Shown: positions 31,043-41,810, counted from the stretch's first letter. The stretch is 55,360 nucleotides of DNA from Patescibacteria group bacterium (GCA_018818885.1 JAHIRB010000041.1:1-55360), one strand, 5' to 3'. Notes: a model not told the origin generated them from the letters alone. Program-made: numbers and translations.

Positions 31043-32362
31043 TTAGCTAAATTTTATCGATTTTACTGCCATTGCTAGTGTTAACCACATCAACATTTGA
31101 CCAGCATATAATGTCCACAAATAGTGATCAAAATAACTAATTATCAATAATGATAAAAACGCTAAAAAGTATATAACTGAGATATTATCTAAATGACCCT
31201 TCATGATTGTGTTACTGATTACTAATATGACTAATAATAAAAAGAATAAAAATCCAAATCCTCCAAGTTCAGCAAAAACCAATGGAAATATATTATGTAC
31301 TGGTTGATAGTAATAGGCTGGCTGTTCTGAATCAATTTGATTAAATACTCCTAACGTATAATTCCCCGCCCCAACACCAATTAGTGGTTGACTGAATATC
31401 AAATCTCTTGCTTGTTCTTTGTATAGTTGACGTTCATTGGTTGAAATACTTTCCAATCTTTGTGCACCTAGAAATCGTGTAATGACGAGGTCGCCCAAAT
31501 TTAAAAACAATATCGCTAGAATAATTACAATAATCAAAACTGACTTAACTACAATTTTATTCAGACTATGATCTTTTTTGAAAAAGAGATAAAAAACTAA
31601 AATCAACACACAAATCATCATTGCCAGCCACGCGCTTCTGGAAAAAGTAAAAAACAGCGCTGGAGTAATTAATAAAAATGACGTGATTACAAATAGTCTC
31701 TTGGACTTTTCTGTTCGCATTGCCAGCATTATCAAAAAAAGCATTCCCACCACTAAAAATCCAGCTAGCACATTAGGGTGCGGTAAACTACCATAAGCGC
31801 GTAGCCATCTGCTTGATATATTTTCCACTACAGATGCACCTAAATCAGTTGGGATGTGCTCTGCAATACCAAACCACTTAGAAGCAAAGCTTTTCTGCAA
31901 TAAGAATTGCCAAATTGCTAAAACTGACTGTATGCCTGCTGACATTACAAACACAATTGATATTTTTTTTAAACTGACATTAAACGCCAATACAAAAACA
32001 AACAAAGTCGCAGCTAAAACTAGCCTATACCAAGCATAAATTGCTAGCGACGTGTCTTGTGCCCAAATAATGCTTAACATAGAAACAACTAGTAACCCTA
32101 AAACTGCTGTCATTAACAATAATTTACTCTTGTTGACTTGCTTGATTGATGGCAACTTTAAACCATGTGTTTTATACGTCCAAATAATAAAACCAACTAA
32201 CACCGACCATAGTAATATTTCTGTTCCATACAAACTTTGCGTCCCATATTCCCAGTCGCTTCCGTTAATTTGACCTATTGAATACATCCACCGAGTTTGC
32301 CAAGGCAACAAAAAAACAAAGAGGTAAAATCCGTATTCTATAATTTTGCTTAGCTTAAACAT
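31043..32362 (-). CDS. O-antigen ligase family (Wzy_C) membrane protein
   Basis: RAYGSLPHPNVLAG, TFSRSAW, GVGAGNY, PVHNIF..AELG, FDHYLW. Confidence 0.88.
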   Translation of the reverse strand: MFKLSKIIEYGFYLFVFLLPWQTRWMYSIGQINGSDWEYGTQSLYGTEILLWSVLVGFIIWTYKTHGLKLPSIKQVNKSKLLLMTAVLGLLVVSMLSIIWAQDTSLAIYAWYRLVLAATLFVFVLAFNVSLKKISIVFVMSAGIQSVLAIWQFLLQKSFASKWFGIAEHIPTDLGASVVENISSRWLRAYGSLPHPNVLAGFLVVGMLFLIMLAMRTEKSKRLFVITSFLLITPALFFTFSRSAWLAMMICVLILVFYLFFKKDHSLNKIVVKSVLIIVIILAILFLNLGDLVITRFLGAQRLESISTNERQLYKEQARDLIFSQPLIGVGAGNYTLGVFNQIDSEQPAYYYQPVHNIFPLVFAELGGFGFLFFLLLVILVISNTIMKGHLDNISVIYFLAFLSLLIISYFDHYLWTLYAGQMLMWLTLAMAVKSIKFS

Positions 32363-32379
32363 ACAAATTAAAATTACAA

Positions 32380-32637
32380 ATTCCAAGCACCAATAATCAA
32401 ACAATATCCAATAATTAATATCCAATTTCCGTAAGCTTTGCAGTTTGATATTTAGAATTTGGATATCCCGTACAGGGACCAGTCCCGTAGAATTTCTTTA
32501 CAGGGCCAATGGTTCCATACGGGACATTCTGTGCAAAACTTTACTGGTTGAAATTTGTCCGCCAAAGGCGCCTGCCTGCCACAGGCAGGGATCTGCCTCC
32601 GGCACGATTTGGAATTTGGGATTTGGTTATTGGTAAT
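32380..32637. repeat. Inverted short-period AAT(A/T)CC / GG(A/T)ATT repeats with nested palindromes
   Basis: Resembles the repeats flanking the four-helix-bundle gene at 45220-45670. Confidence 0.6.
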
Positions 32638-33566
32638 TACAACGATGCTACTTTCCTCTGCCACAAGTCACGATAAATTTCGCGCCTATCATTTTCGTGG
32701 AACTTAAGTATTTGATCGTTAATTACTACACGCGTGTCCTTATTAGCTAATGATTTTAATTTGTTTGGCATTATCATCAGTTGAATTTTTTTAGCAACTT
32801 TTTCGTCTATATTAAAAGTGGTTTTTGCCCATATCTTTCTGATTATTCTAATTCGTTCTTTTACTTTACGACGTTGCGCTGGCTCAAACCCAAAGTTATT
32901 TGGTAAGTATGATTTTACCCAACTATTGGCATCTAAAAACTTTTCATATAAATTTTGCGTATTATAAATCGGTACCAGCTGAGTTACCCAAAACTGGAAA
33001 TAAATATCTTGCTCCCCCATTCCAAGATTTTCGATATTAAGATTATCTTCTGAGATAAAAAAACTTAAACAAAACTTATCTTTGATTTTCTTTCCCTTAG
33101 GACGAAGCCCTAAAATTTTTAAAAAAAACACACTCAATAACCTTGTAAGCCAAATACGATTTTTGGCTGTGATGATAAACAAATCAATATCTGAACCTTC
33201 GCGTGAATTACTGTAACCTAAAGTATTACAAACAGCAATCATTTTATTATGCGGAATCATACTAAAAAATTTTGCCATCCTAATTGCTTTTTTATATTTA
33301 ATTTCTGCAATGTTATATCTATCCATTCTTATTTTGACTGTATCCGACCTACCTGGCAAAAAATAAAACCCGTTTTGGGTTTCAAGTTGATTGTCTGTTA
33401 CTAGTTGTTCTAGTTCATTTATAACATCTAACAACCTACAGCTACCACCTTGTACCTTGACACTTGTACCTTGACACTTGTACAGCCATTTCCAAACCTC
33501 AAACTGCGTCAATGGATAATCAAAGATATCAAAATAGGCTATTGTTTTCAATATTGAATTATACAT
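32637..33566 (-). CDS. Nucleotidyltransferase-like protein
   Basis: YFDIFDYPLT..E, SDIDLFII, KFCLSFFISE; short in-frame repeat insertion. Confidence 0.8.
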   Translation of the reverse strand: MYNSILKTIAYFDIFDYPLTQFEVWKWLYKCQGTSVKVQGGSCRLLDVINELEQLVTDNQLETQNGFYFLPGRSDTVKIRMDRYNIAEIKYKKAIRMAKFFSMIPHNKMIAVCNTLGYSNSREGSDIDLFIITAKNRIWLTRLLSVFFLKILGLRPKGKKIKDKFCLSFFISEDNLNIENLGMGEQDIYFQFWVTQLVPIYNTQNLYEKFLDANSWVKSYLPNNFGFEPAQRRKVKERIRIIRKIWAKTTFNIDEKVAKKIQLMIMPNKLKSLANKDTRVVINDQILKFHENDRREIYRDLWQRKVASL

Positions 33567-33656
33567 CAACTTTTATATTAACAAGATAAATGATAAGATA
33601 TTATAGTAGTTCTTTAGCTTTTCCCAGAGTTTGCCATACTCAGAAAGGAGAGAAAC

Positions 33657-33905
33657 ATGAAATTAAAAAACTTGCGTCCAAGTCAAAAATGGTGGGGGGT
33701 TTCACTCATGCTTGGGTTAATATGTTTCCGCATGTCCAAGGCTGAATTCTGGACAGAGTTGACGAGCCTTCCTACCATAGGCCAAAATATTTATTGGGTG
33801 GTCGGTATGGCTATAATTTGTTTTCTGTGTATCTCATCTTTCTTTATAGGATGGGTAAACAGGGTCAAGTATCGAGATGACCCTGACGGAAAAATGGCAT
33901 ACTAA
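33657..33905 (+). CDS. Hypothetical 2-TM protein
   Basis: AAAGGAG SD; hairpin at 33929-33956. Confidence 0.6.
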   Translation: MKLKNLRPSQKWWGVSLMLGLICFRMSKAEFWTELTSLPTIGQNIYWVVGMAIICFLCISSFFIGWVNRVKYRDDPDGKMAY

Positions 33906-33956
33906 TGTGGTATAGGCCGACAAAAAATTGACAGTGGTTCTCCGGGGCCACTGTCA

Positions 33957-35009
33957 TTACGTTTTAGGTTTATCAATTTCCAAAGCTTCTACTTTCTTCT
34001 CACCTTCAGTTAGTTTGGCAACATCTTTATCAATCTTGGCAAATTCTTTGTAAGCAAAATTATACATATTGACCGTTGTTCCTAAATTATTGCCTAATTT
34101 TTTTAGATAATCTTCGTAAGAACGCAAATGGTTCCCAAGCATTCCTACGTTTTTGAGTATCTCCTTTGTTGATTCCTGAATTTGATAAGCTTTCATCCCT
34201 TGAGCTAAAGATTGTAGGGTGACATAAAAAGTTGTTGGTGAAACAATATGAACTTGCTTTTCATGAATAGCATAATCAATTAAATCACGTGTGTTTACTT
34301 TTACTGCTCCTACTTTATTTACTAATAAATCATAATAAATTGCTTCCGCAGGAATAAACATAAAAGCAAAATCCATGGTTCCTTTTTCTGGTCTTATATA
34401 TTTAGAAGTTTCATCAATTCTTAATTTGAGATCATTTTTAAAAGCTTTTTCCAAACTTTCTTTTTGACCTTCGTCAGCTTCTAGTATACGATTGTAATTT
34501 TCTAAAGAAAACTTAGAATCTATTGGAATTAATTTATCTCCAAGCTTTAGCACTGCATCAACAATAAGATCTTTGCCAGTTTTTTCGTCTTTACCCAAAT
34601 TATATTGCATCTTATATTGATTTGGCTGAAAAGCATTCTTCAAAAGCGTTTCTAAATAATATTCACCGAGCACACCGCGTTGCTTGGGATTTTTCAAAAC
34701 ATTCTCTAAGCTTTGAAGTTGCTTAGCAAAACCAACTACTTGTTTATTTGTTTCGTCAAGCTTGGTTAATTTTTCGGTGACTGATGTTATAATCTTGGCA
34801 CTTTGGCCAAACTGGTTTTGCAACATTTTAGGTACCTCACCCAGCTTATTGTCTAATGTCCGAGTGACTTCATTAAGCTGATTCTGAAGCATCATAATAC
34901 CTTTATCTTGCTCCGAATCTTTTCCTTTTTTTAATTTTTGAAATTGCCAAAAAAGACTGGTAAAACCAATCAACAAAATTAAAATTGTCGCTCCTAATAA
35001 ATATTCCAT
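33957..35009 (-). CDS. rmuC: DNA recombination protein RmuC
   Basis: NPKQRGVLGE..LE, IPIDSKF, KYI.P..GT.DFA.MFIP.E, SPTT. Confidence 0.93.
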   Translation of the reverse strand: MEYLLGATILILLIGFTSLFWQFQKLKKGKDSEQDKGIMMLQNQLNEVTRTLDNKLGEVPKMLQNQFGQSAKIITSVTEKLTKLDETNKQVVGFAKQLQSLENVLKNPKQRGVLGEYYLETLLKNAFQPNQYKMQYNLGKDEKTGKDLIVDAVLKLGDKLIPIDSKFSLENYNRILEADEGQKESLEKAFKNDLKLRIDETSKYIRPEKGTMDFAFMFIPAEAIYYDLLVNKVGAVKVNTRDLIDYAIHEKQVHIVSPTTFYVTLQSLAQGMKAYQIQESTKEILKNVGMLGNHLRSYEDYLKKLGNNLGTTVNMYNFAYKEFAKIDKDVAKLTEGEKKVEALEIDKPKT

Positions 35010-35189
35010 AACATTACTTTATCACAATTACGTAACTTTTTCAAAAGACACTCATTGACCCACGCTATAAAGCATGCTATCATTTCTTATGTTAAAAAGC
35101 TCATATTTAAGCCCTTAAATTAAGCTAAATATATACCTTTTCAACTCAAAAAAATATTAATTAAAACCACGGCGAAAGCATTTCGCTTT

Positions 35190-36449
35190 TTGTTTTGGTT
35201 AAAAATTCCAATGGTAGGTATTATCGAATTTGGCAAAATGATAGTACCTTCAAAAACTATAGGCAAGCTAACATTTAGTTTTATAATAATTCCATTATAC
35301 AAACTGTACTTAATATTGAAAAAAGTTTTTGAAAGACTTTATTCACCACAGCAAAGAAAAAACAAAATTCTGTTTATCTTTACTAAAAGATATTTAATTC
35401 ACGTAGCAATAATTGTAATCGCATTTTCAACGGTGGCTGCTAATTTAAACGCATACGAAATAAGACAAGATGGTATTGGAAAAACTTCTATTCTTTCTGA
35501 AATTATATTAAAAGAAGATCTAGGATTGATTGAGGAAGAAGGACCAATTCCAGAAGGCAAAAGAATCACAAGTTACTTAGACCCTACTGCTGTAGAAAGC
35601 CCGCCCCAACAACTTTCAGATGAAATCCCAGACGACACTATGCCTTCAACTGTGGCTGGAGATTCAGCGGTTGTTAAACCCTTGATATCACTTGCTGAAG
35701 TAGAAATTCGAAAACGAGATAAAATAGTTTATCATACTGTAGAAGAAGGTGATAATGTTAGATATATAGCACTGCTTTATGGAGTTACGTCTAATACAAT
35801 TTTATGGGCAAATAATTTAACAAACTATTCAATTATTAGACCTGGGGATCAACTAAAAATTTTACCAACCTCTGGTTTGCTTCATAAAGTAGAAAAAAAT
35901 GATACCCTAACAAAAATTGCTAAAAAGTACGATACTGAAGCTGACAAAATTTTAGAATTCAATAAATTAGCATCAGAAACTGACGTAATGATTGGTGAGT
36001 ATCTAATAATCCCGGGTGGAACTAAACCGCAGCCAGTCTATAGCATTCGATCTTCATGGAGCGGTGCTACAAACGTTGTTGGTACAGGCAGAATGCAATG
36101 GCCTGCTGGATGTAGGCGCATAACCCAATACTATGGCTGGCTGCATTCAGGTTTGGATATTGCCTGCGCATATGGATCTTCTATTTATGCAGCTGATTCT
36201 GGTACTGTTATAACTGCGCAAGGTGGCTGGAATGGCGGTTATGGTATATATGTCATACTTGACCACGGTAACGGAAAACAGACTCTCTACGGTCATTTAA
36301 GCAAGTTATATGTTAGTGTAGGAAGCAGAGTTTCTAAAGGACAAGCAATTGGAGCAATGGGTTCAACTGGTCGATCTACTGGTTCTCATGTTCATTTTGA
36401 AGTTAGGTCTGGTGGATATAGACAAAATCCTCTTAATTATATAAGATAG
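35190..36449 (+). CDS. LysM x2 plus M23 metallopeptidase
   Basis: Two LysM motifs; HSGLD, TLYGHL, TGRSTGSHVHFEV. Start uncertain. Confidence 0.92.
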   Translation: MFWLKIPMVGIIEFGKMIVPSKTIGKLTFSFIIIPLYKLYLILKKVFERLYSPQQRKNKILFIFTKRYLIHVAIIVIAFSTVAANLNAYEIRQDGIGKTSILSEIILKEDLGLIEEEGPIPEGKRITSYLDPTAVESPPQQLSDEIPDDTMPSTVAGDSAVVKPLISLAEVEIRKRDKIVYHTVEEGDNVRYIALLYGVTSNTILWANNLTNYSIIRPGDQLKILPTSGLLHKVEKNDTLTKIAKKYDTEADKILEFNKLASETDVMIGEYLIIPGGTKPQPVYSIRSSWSGATNVVGTGRMQWPAGCRRITQYYGWLHSGLDIACAYGSSIYAADSGTVITAQGGWNGGYGIYVILDHGNGKQTLYGHLSKLYVSVGSRVSKGQAIGAMGSTGRSTGSHVHFEVRSGGYRQNPLNYIR

Positions 36450-36600
36450 TTTTGATATAAAAAAAAATCCCTACCTTCTTTTCTCCCCCTTAAGATAATG
36501 GGGAGTTAGAGGGGGTTATTAAAAGGGATTTTTTTATGACACAAAATGTCATCCTGAGCGAGTGTTGACGAAAATTACACCATAGCCAAAGGATCTCCAC

Positions 36601-37758
36601 TTAACAACAGTATAATTCCTTTGGAGTATCTCCATCTTTAATTTCACCAAAAGGATTTCCATACTTTCTAACATTTTCTATCATTTTTTTATTGGCTTGT
36701 GGAATTTTTTCTAACTTGTTAAAATCTTTTCTATTATTTCTAAAATTACTCTGTCTATCAATTTTTACCGGACAATTCAAAGCGCAATTAGAACATAGGG
36801 TACATTTATAATTTCTTTCAAAATCACTAGGTTTTGGAATTTGGCCTATAGCATTATAAACAGGGCATAAATCATAACAAGCACCGCAATTTATACAAAA
36901 AAGCTTATCTTTATATTTTCCCTTGGCAACTTCATATTTATCATTTTCTATTAAAATAACATGTACTTCTTGTGCACCATGCGCACCTTCTATATGAATA
37001 TTTTGAATATCCCCTGTTTTGGATGGTCCAGATATTACATTGACGTAATTTGGCCAGTCTTGCCCGGTTCCCCATACCGCTGCTGCTTTTACCACCTTAT
37101 TTGCTTCATCCATATCTTTTACAATCTTGTCTATACCTGCAACCACAATGTGTTTTTCAGGAACATGTGAAATTATAGAAATGTTTCCTTCGTTTTCTAA
37201 TATGACAATCTGGCCTTGAGTAGTTATAACATTTGCTCCAGTCAAGCCAACTTTTGCAGAAAGCATCTTTTCTCTAAGATAATTTCGTACAAATTCAACA
37301 ATTTTTTCAGCCTTTGGCTCTACATCTTTACTGAGTTTTTCTTTAATTGCTTTTGATATTTCTTTTTCTGTTAAACTTAAAGCGGGAATTACAGGATGTG
37401 GATCTTTTTTACCTGCCAATGCCGCAATGAAATCGCCAGTGTCTGTCTCTACTATTTCAGCCTTTAATTTTTCATCAATTTTTAATTTGTTGATGGTGTT
37501 AGATTTTGATTTAACTATGTACTTTTCATCTCCGATTATTTTTTTGAGTTCTTCGATAGCTTCTTGGTTTGATTTTGCTAAATAAACATGGCAACCATTT
37601 TTTTCTAAGGATGATTTTGCTTTTTTTACGTATTCATCTAAATTATCAATGGCTGTTTTTTTAAGATTATAAAGCTTGTCTCTTAGTTCTTCTGCTTCTT
37701 TAGAGCTAAGAGCTTTACTTCTTTTTTCTATATATTCAGTTACAAATTTTTTGTTCAT
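36601..37758 (-). CDS. lutB: LutB-like lactate utilization protein (LUD domain plus 4Fe-4S)
   Basis: KSKS, ETDTGD, TGAN, ENEGN, SGPSKTGDI, CINCGACYDLCP, CTLCSNCALNCP. Confidence 0.82.
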   Translation of the reverse strand: MNKKFVTEYIEKRSKALSSKEAEELRDKLYNLKKTAIDNLDEYVKKAKSSLEKNGCHVYLAKSNQEAIEELKKIIGDEKYIVKSKSNTINKLKIDEKLKAEIVETDTGDFIAALAGKKDPHPVIPALSLTEKEISKAIKEKLSKDVEPKAEKIVEFVRNYLREKMLSAKVGLTGANVITTQGQIVILENEGNISIISHVPEKHIVVAGIDKIVKDMDEANKVVKAAAVWGTGQDWPNYVNVISGPSKTGDIQNIHIEGAHGAQEVHVILIENDKYEVAKGKYKDKLFCINCGACYDLCPVYNAIGQIPKPSDFERNYKCTLCSNCALNCPVKIDRQSNFRNNRKDFNKLEKIPQANKKMIENVRKYGNPFGEIKDGDTPKELYCC

Positions 37759-37850
37759 GTAATTTAGTTAATTATAGTTGATTGTAGTTATTATACGATT
37801 ATAGTAAACTGCAATAATAAACTCCAATCGCTACAATCGCTTTATCGCTC

Positions 37851-38612
37851 TCATCGCTTTATCGCTTTTCTTACTTTTTCAGCATTCACTAGCAATTCGG
37901 AAAATTCAAACACACTCACACCACCATCCTTCCCATTCCTCTTCATATGCATGTCACACAATGTGCATGGCGTGATAATAATCTGAGCGTCAACATCACT
38001 GGCTTGTTCGATTCTTTGTTTTGCAACTTTATCTGCCAGTTCTGGATTATTTGATTGCAAACCTCCCCCGCCGCCACAACAAAATGAATTCTTCTTATTC
38101 AATTGCATTTCCACTAAATTAATATTCATCATCTTTAGTATTTCGCGTGGTTGATCGTAAATATCTGATTGTTTACCTAAATGGCATGGATCGTGATAAG
38201 TGACTTTTAAATTGTCATATTTTGGTAATTTCATTTTACCTTTATTTACTGCTTCTAAAATAAATTCTGTAAAATGTCTTATTTCTATATCCCATTCTTG
38301 ACCTAATACTTTTGGATAATCTTGGGATAACATTTTATAACAAGCAGGGCAATTCGTAATAATCCTTTTTATTGAATGGTCTTTGAATATCTTTAAATTA
38401 TCAGCTGCCAATTTCTTAAAATCATCTTCAAAACCAGCATTTTTTACTGGAGAACCGCAACACTTTTCCAAGTCTGGCAAAACTACAAAATCTACTCCTG
38501 CTTTTTTTAGGAGTTCTTTATAATTTTTTTCGATGTCTTTACCAACAAATTTGGTTAGACATCCAGGATAATACAATGTATTACCCTTAAAAATTTTATC
38601 TAGAATAAACAT
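37851..38612 (-). CDS. CCG-domain Fe-S oxidoreductase (LutA/GlpC-like)
   Basis: YYPGC, CCG, CPAC, YHDPCHL, CCGGGGG, CTLC. Confidence 0.88.
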   Translation of the reverse strand: MFILDKIFKGNTLYYPGCLTKFVGKDIEKNYKELLKKAGVDFVVLPDLEKCCGSPVKNAGFEDDFKKLAADNLKIFKDHSIKRIITNCPACYKMLSQDYPKVLGQEWDIEIRHFTEFILEAVNKGKMKLPKYDNLKVTYHDPCHLGKQSDIYDQPREILKMMNINLVEMQLNKKNSFCCGGGGGLQSNNPELADKVAKQRIEQASDVDAQIIITPCTLCDMHMKRNGKDGGVSVFEFSELLVNAEKVRKAIKR

Positions 38613-38728
38613 AGTTTTTTACAAATTACGAATTGGATACTAATATACAAATAATGGTTTTATCTTGACGTTTCGTATATTTGCCCGCTTAGCAGACGAG
38701 GCTGGTAAGGATTAGTAATTCGTACCAA

Positions 38729-39403
38729 TTATATGATTCCCATCACCATTAATATTCCTAACACAAGCATACCAATTCCCATAAATAGCTTCAACCATTT
38801 TCTGTTTTCTACTCTCCATTTATTTAACTTTTCTGATGAATATCCTTTGTAAACTACCACCAATATTATAATCAGTGGCAGAACAAAGATCAAATTATAT
38901 ATGAGTAGATATACAAAACCTAGCACCATGGTTTCGTTCTTTGCTAAAAGTGACAAAACTGCTAAATAGAATGCCCCTGTACAAGGTAATTCAAATGCTG
39001 AAACCAAAAATCCTAAAACAATTGCTGCGGGAATTGATGCTTTGTGAATATACTTTTCTATAATCGGACGTTTTGATGCTGGAATTTCTAAAGAAAAACC
39101 CTTGCCATACCAAAAGAAATCTTTGATATTTACAAGCGCTGCTAAAATTAACAAAACGCCTGCGCCAAAAATAATATAACGAGATATATTTACTGCGGCT
39201 ATAACACTAAACAACCCAAGGCCTGCTAGAAAGTAAGATATGTATACTGTGACAACATAGACAATACCGACTTTGACAATCAATTTCTTTGAACCAATAG
39301 CCAATAGATAAGTAAGCAAAAATACCATCACAGAAATCGCACATGGATTTATGGAATCCAGTAATGCTGCTCCGATAATTATAGGTAGGGTTACGTCTGT
39401 CAT
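38729..39403 (-). CDS. CcdA/DsbD-like thiol-disulfide membrane transporter
   Basis: DSINPCA and FELPCTG cysteine pair; 6 TMs. Confidence 0.85.
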   Translation of the reverse strand: MTDVTLPIIIGAALLDSINPCAISVMVFLLTYLLAIGSKKLIVKVGIVYVVTVYISYFLAGLGLFSVIAAVNISRYIIFGAGVLLILAALVNIKDFFWYGKGFSLEIPASKRPIIEKYIHKASIPAAIVLGFLVSAFELPCTGAFYLAVLSLLAKNETMVLGFVYLLIYNLIFVLPLIIILVVVYKGYSSEKLNKWRVENRKWLKLFMGIGMLVLGILMVMGII

Positions 39404-39933
39404 AATGATTTTCTTTCTTTAATAATCTTAACACCAAATATCGCAACTACCAAAATAAATATTGTTAGTATTACCCAACCTACTGCTTGTTCTGTTTGGC
39501 CAACTGGCTCTGTATTATTATTAGGATTATCGGTTTCAACATAATTTGCTAACTTTTCTGCTGGTGATTCACAACCATTTTCTTCACAATCTTTAATTGC
39601 AGCATCTACTTCTTCTAACCTAGCTCCTCTTATCACAGAATCTCCAATAAATGTTATTGGTATTCCAGAATAGTTGGTAGCGTTATAAATCTCTTTTAGC
39701 TTATCAAGATTATCCCGATTGTCTTGATTTGTTATTCCGGTAAGTTCAAAATAACTAAACTTAATATGCGGGTCATCTTTTAATTTATTATTGATATGTT
39801 CCTTTAGCTCCTTACAATACGGACAAGTTGCTGTACCAAAAACCCAAACATCAACATCATTTTGAGCCAATGCTATCTGTGGTAGGATCACTAAACCTAT
39901 TATGGATGTAGTAATGATTAATATTTTGTACAT
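39400..39933 (-). CDS. Exported glutaredoxin/thioredoxin-like protein
   Basis: Signal peptide, CPYC, GIP.TFIG, C-terminal TM. Confidence 0.85.
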   Translation of the reverse strand: MYKILIITTSIIGLVILPQIALAQNDVDVWVFGTATCPYCKELKEHINNKLKDDPHIKFSYFELTGITNQDNRDNLDKLKEIYNATNYSGIPITFIGDSVIRGARLEEVDAAIKDCEENGCESPAEKLANYVETDNPNNNTEPVGQTEQAVGWVILTIFILVVAIFGVKIIKERKSL

Positions 39934-40032
39934 TTTAATTCTTAAATAATTAAAAAACACCTCTGTTAGCTTATTGCATATAGCAAATGGCATATGGCAC
40001 ATGGCCATAAGCAATAAGCTATTAGCTAAATG

Positions 40033-40425
40033 CTACTCGAGGAGTTTTTGAAATATAGTGCCGCTATGAAATTGTAGGGCTAAAGTATCAAAAGATTTGG
40101 TTAATCTATAATAATGATTTTTAAACTTTTCTATACGGTGCTCATTCAACATAGAATCAAGTTGAACATATACTACCGTAGCTGCAGCTGCAATTAGAAG
40201 TGATATTAATAAAAATATAATCCATTCTAGTTTTGCTAAAAAGATTGTTTGCAAAAATGCTAAGTGTTGGTCGTACATATTACCACCACAACTTTTTGCG
40301 CCCGTACTATCCATTGCAGCTCCCATACTAAACCCACCGTGTCCGCATTGAGGTAAAGAAAAAACCAACAGCACAGCTGATAGGATAAAAATTATTGAAA
40401 AAATTGTGAATAAATACTTTTTCAT
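40033..40425 (-). CDS. Hypothetical membrane protein with a Cys/His/Met loop
   Basis: Two TMs around CGHGGFSMGAAM..C..HL; first gene of the redox unit. Confidence 0.65.
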   Translation of the reverse strand: MKKYLFTIFSIIFILSAVLLVFSLPQCGHGGFSMGAAMDSTGAKSCGGNMYDQHLAFLQTIFLAKLEWIIFLLISLLIAAAATVVYVQLDSMLNEHRIEKFKNHYYRLTKSFDTLALQFHSGTIFQKLLE

Positions 40426-40514
40426 AGTTATTGTAGTATAGTAGATAGTTACATTTTAGTCAAGAAGAAAGGGCGAACACTTTTGCGTTCGCCCCTAATG
40501 TTTGGGTTTTTGAC

Positions 40515-40874
40515 CTATTGGACACACCACCCGTTTAGCGATGTTGCGGGAGCGAAACCAAGCCTCTTTTTGGCTTGATCCTTAAAAACTTCAAAATTGT
40601 CCCGAAGTTTTTCTGTGGGAAAATTCAAACTCCGCATAAAACCAGATTCCAGACAATCGACTACAATATGCTGGCACGCAATACATCTTTCGACATGCCC
40701 CTTGATGACCGAAATCATCTCTTGGACATCACCCAGTTGGCCCAAAAAGCAGGCGCAAACCAGATCTTCGGATGGATGAACTGTGAGTTCATCATTTGGT
40801 GATCCAAAGTGCTCAGACTGAGCGAGCCACTCTTCGAACGCCTTGAGGGTAATTTCACGATTCAGTTTTAACAT
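40515..40874 (-). CDS. ORFan with a zf-HC2 (anti-sigma-type zinc finger)-like motif
   Basis: HPSEDL..LGQL...GHVERCIAC; AAGGAGG SD; terminator hairpin at ~40470-40496. Confidence 0.65.
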   Translation of the reverse strand: MLKLNREITLKAFEEWLAQSEHFGSPNDELTVHPSEDLVCACFLGQLGDVQEMISVIKGHVERCIACQHIVVDCLESGFMRSLNFPTEKLRDNFEVFKDQAKKRLGFAPATSLNGWCVQ

Positions 40875-40952
40875 TCCTTCCTCCTTATGCAATAGTTTGT
40901 ATTGCTCTAGCCCCTTGGTTAGTTCACAATGAGATATGTTATCAAATTTATA

Positions 40953-41058
40953 TTATAATGTCAACTCCCTCACCAATTCATACTTGTACTGTGTGGGATA
41001 CTGTCCATAACACCAGGACGTTAGGAGATATAAAAAATCCTTATAAATGCAAAAGGGA
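40953..41058 (-). pseudogene. Gene 3'-end remnant, copy 1 (..FLYLLTSWCYGQYPTQYKYELVRELTL*)
   Basis: Similar to 41811-41941 and 43047-43098; no in-frame start. Confidence 0.7.
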
Positions 41059-41123
41059 CGACATCACAGGTCATCCCTATATACGCTTCCTATGAAACGT
41101 TCATTCGTTAGTGATTGTGGTAA

Positions 41124-41744
41124 TTATATCAGTTCGTATACGGCGTTGAGCGATTCTATTCCTTTTTCCTCTTCGGGCCTCCAGTCCCAATAGTTGAATT
41201 TCTGTTTGCCGTAAGTAGTACCGCTTGCACTCCCTGAAAGCAATAGCAATTGCAATGTCCATGCTGGCCATTGTGTATAGCGGGCAAGAACACTGGCCAC
41301 AAAGCATTTGGCGTTTTTTGGATTATGTTCATCCCCACTCGTATGCAATTTCATGCGAACGACATCCTTACCCCCAACTTCATGCTCATGGAGTATTGAC
41401 TCCACGATTTTTGCCAGAAATTCAGGGTCGGCACAGCAGAAGCGAGCCCCACGCAGAAAGACTCTTTTCTTTGGCGGTGTATCAAGTTTTCGCATAACGA
41501 GAGGAAATCTTTCTCCGAAGTCGTCGGAGAAACCCTCATCAGGGTTAGGCCACAGCTTGAGGCACTCTCTCGTGAAAGCGACAGTGCGTGTGTTGTCGGG
41601 ATACGATTCCGCAACAAATGCTTCAACTTCTACGAGTTCCTCAAGGGTATTGAGGGAGTCCAGAAAAAGTACGAGTGAGTGAGAATTGTTATCCTTTGCG
41701 AATGCTTCTTCCATGTCCCTTCGTTGCTCATCAGTAAGCCCCAT
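41124..41744 (-). CDS. Hypothetical protein (ORFan)
   Basis: AAGGAGG SD; GC-richer; 206 aa. Confidence 0.7.
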   Translation of the reverse strand: MGLTDEQRRDMEEAFAKDNNSHSLVLFLDSLNTLEELVEVEAFVAESYPDNTRTVAFTRECLKLWPNPDEGFSDDFGERFPLVMRKLDTPPKKRVFLRGARFCCADPEFLAKIVESILHEHEVGGKDVVRMKLHTSGDEHNPKNAKCFVASVLARYTQWPAWTLQLLLLSGSASGTTYGKQKFNYWDWRPEEEKGIESLNAVYELI

Positions 41745-41810
41745 CGTCAATCCCTCCTTATCTCAATTTTTGTCCATCCACAATCACAATAGAATGTAAT
41801 CATAAATAAC

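Noticed and set aside
32445-32664. 63-aa and 70-aa ORFs
   Set aside because: They are made of repeats and palindromes.
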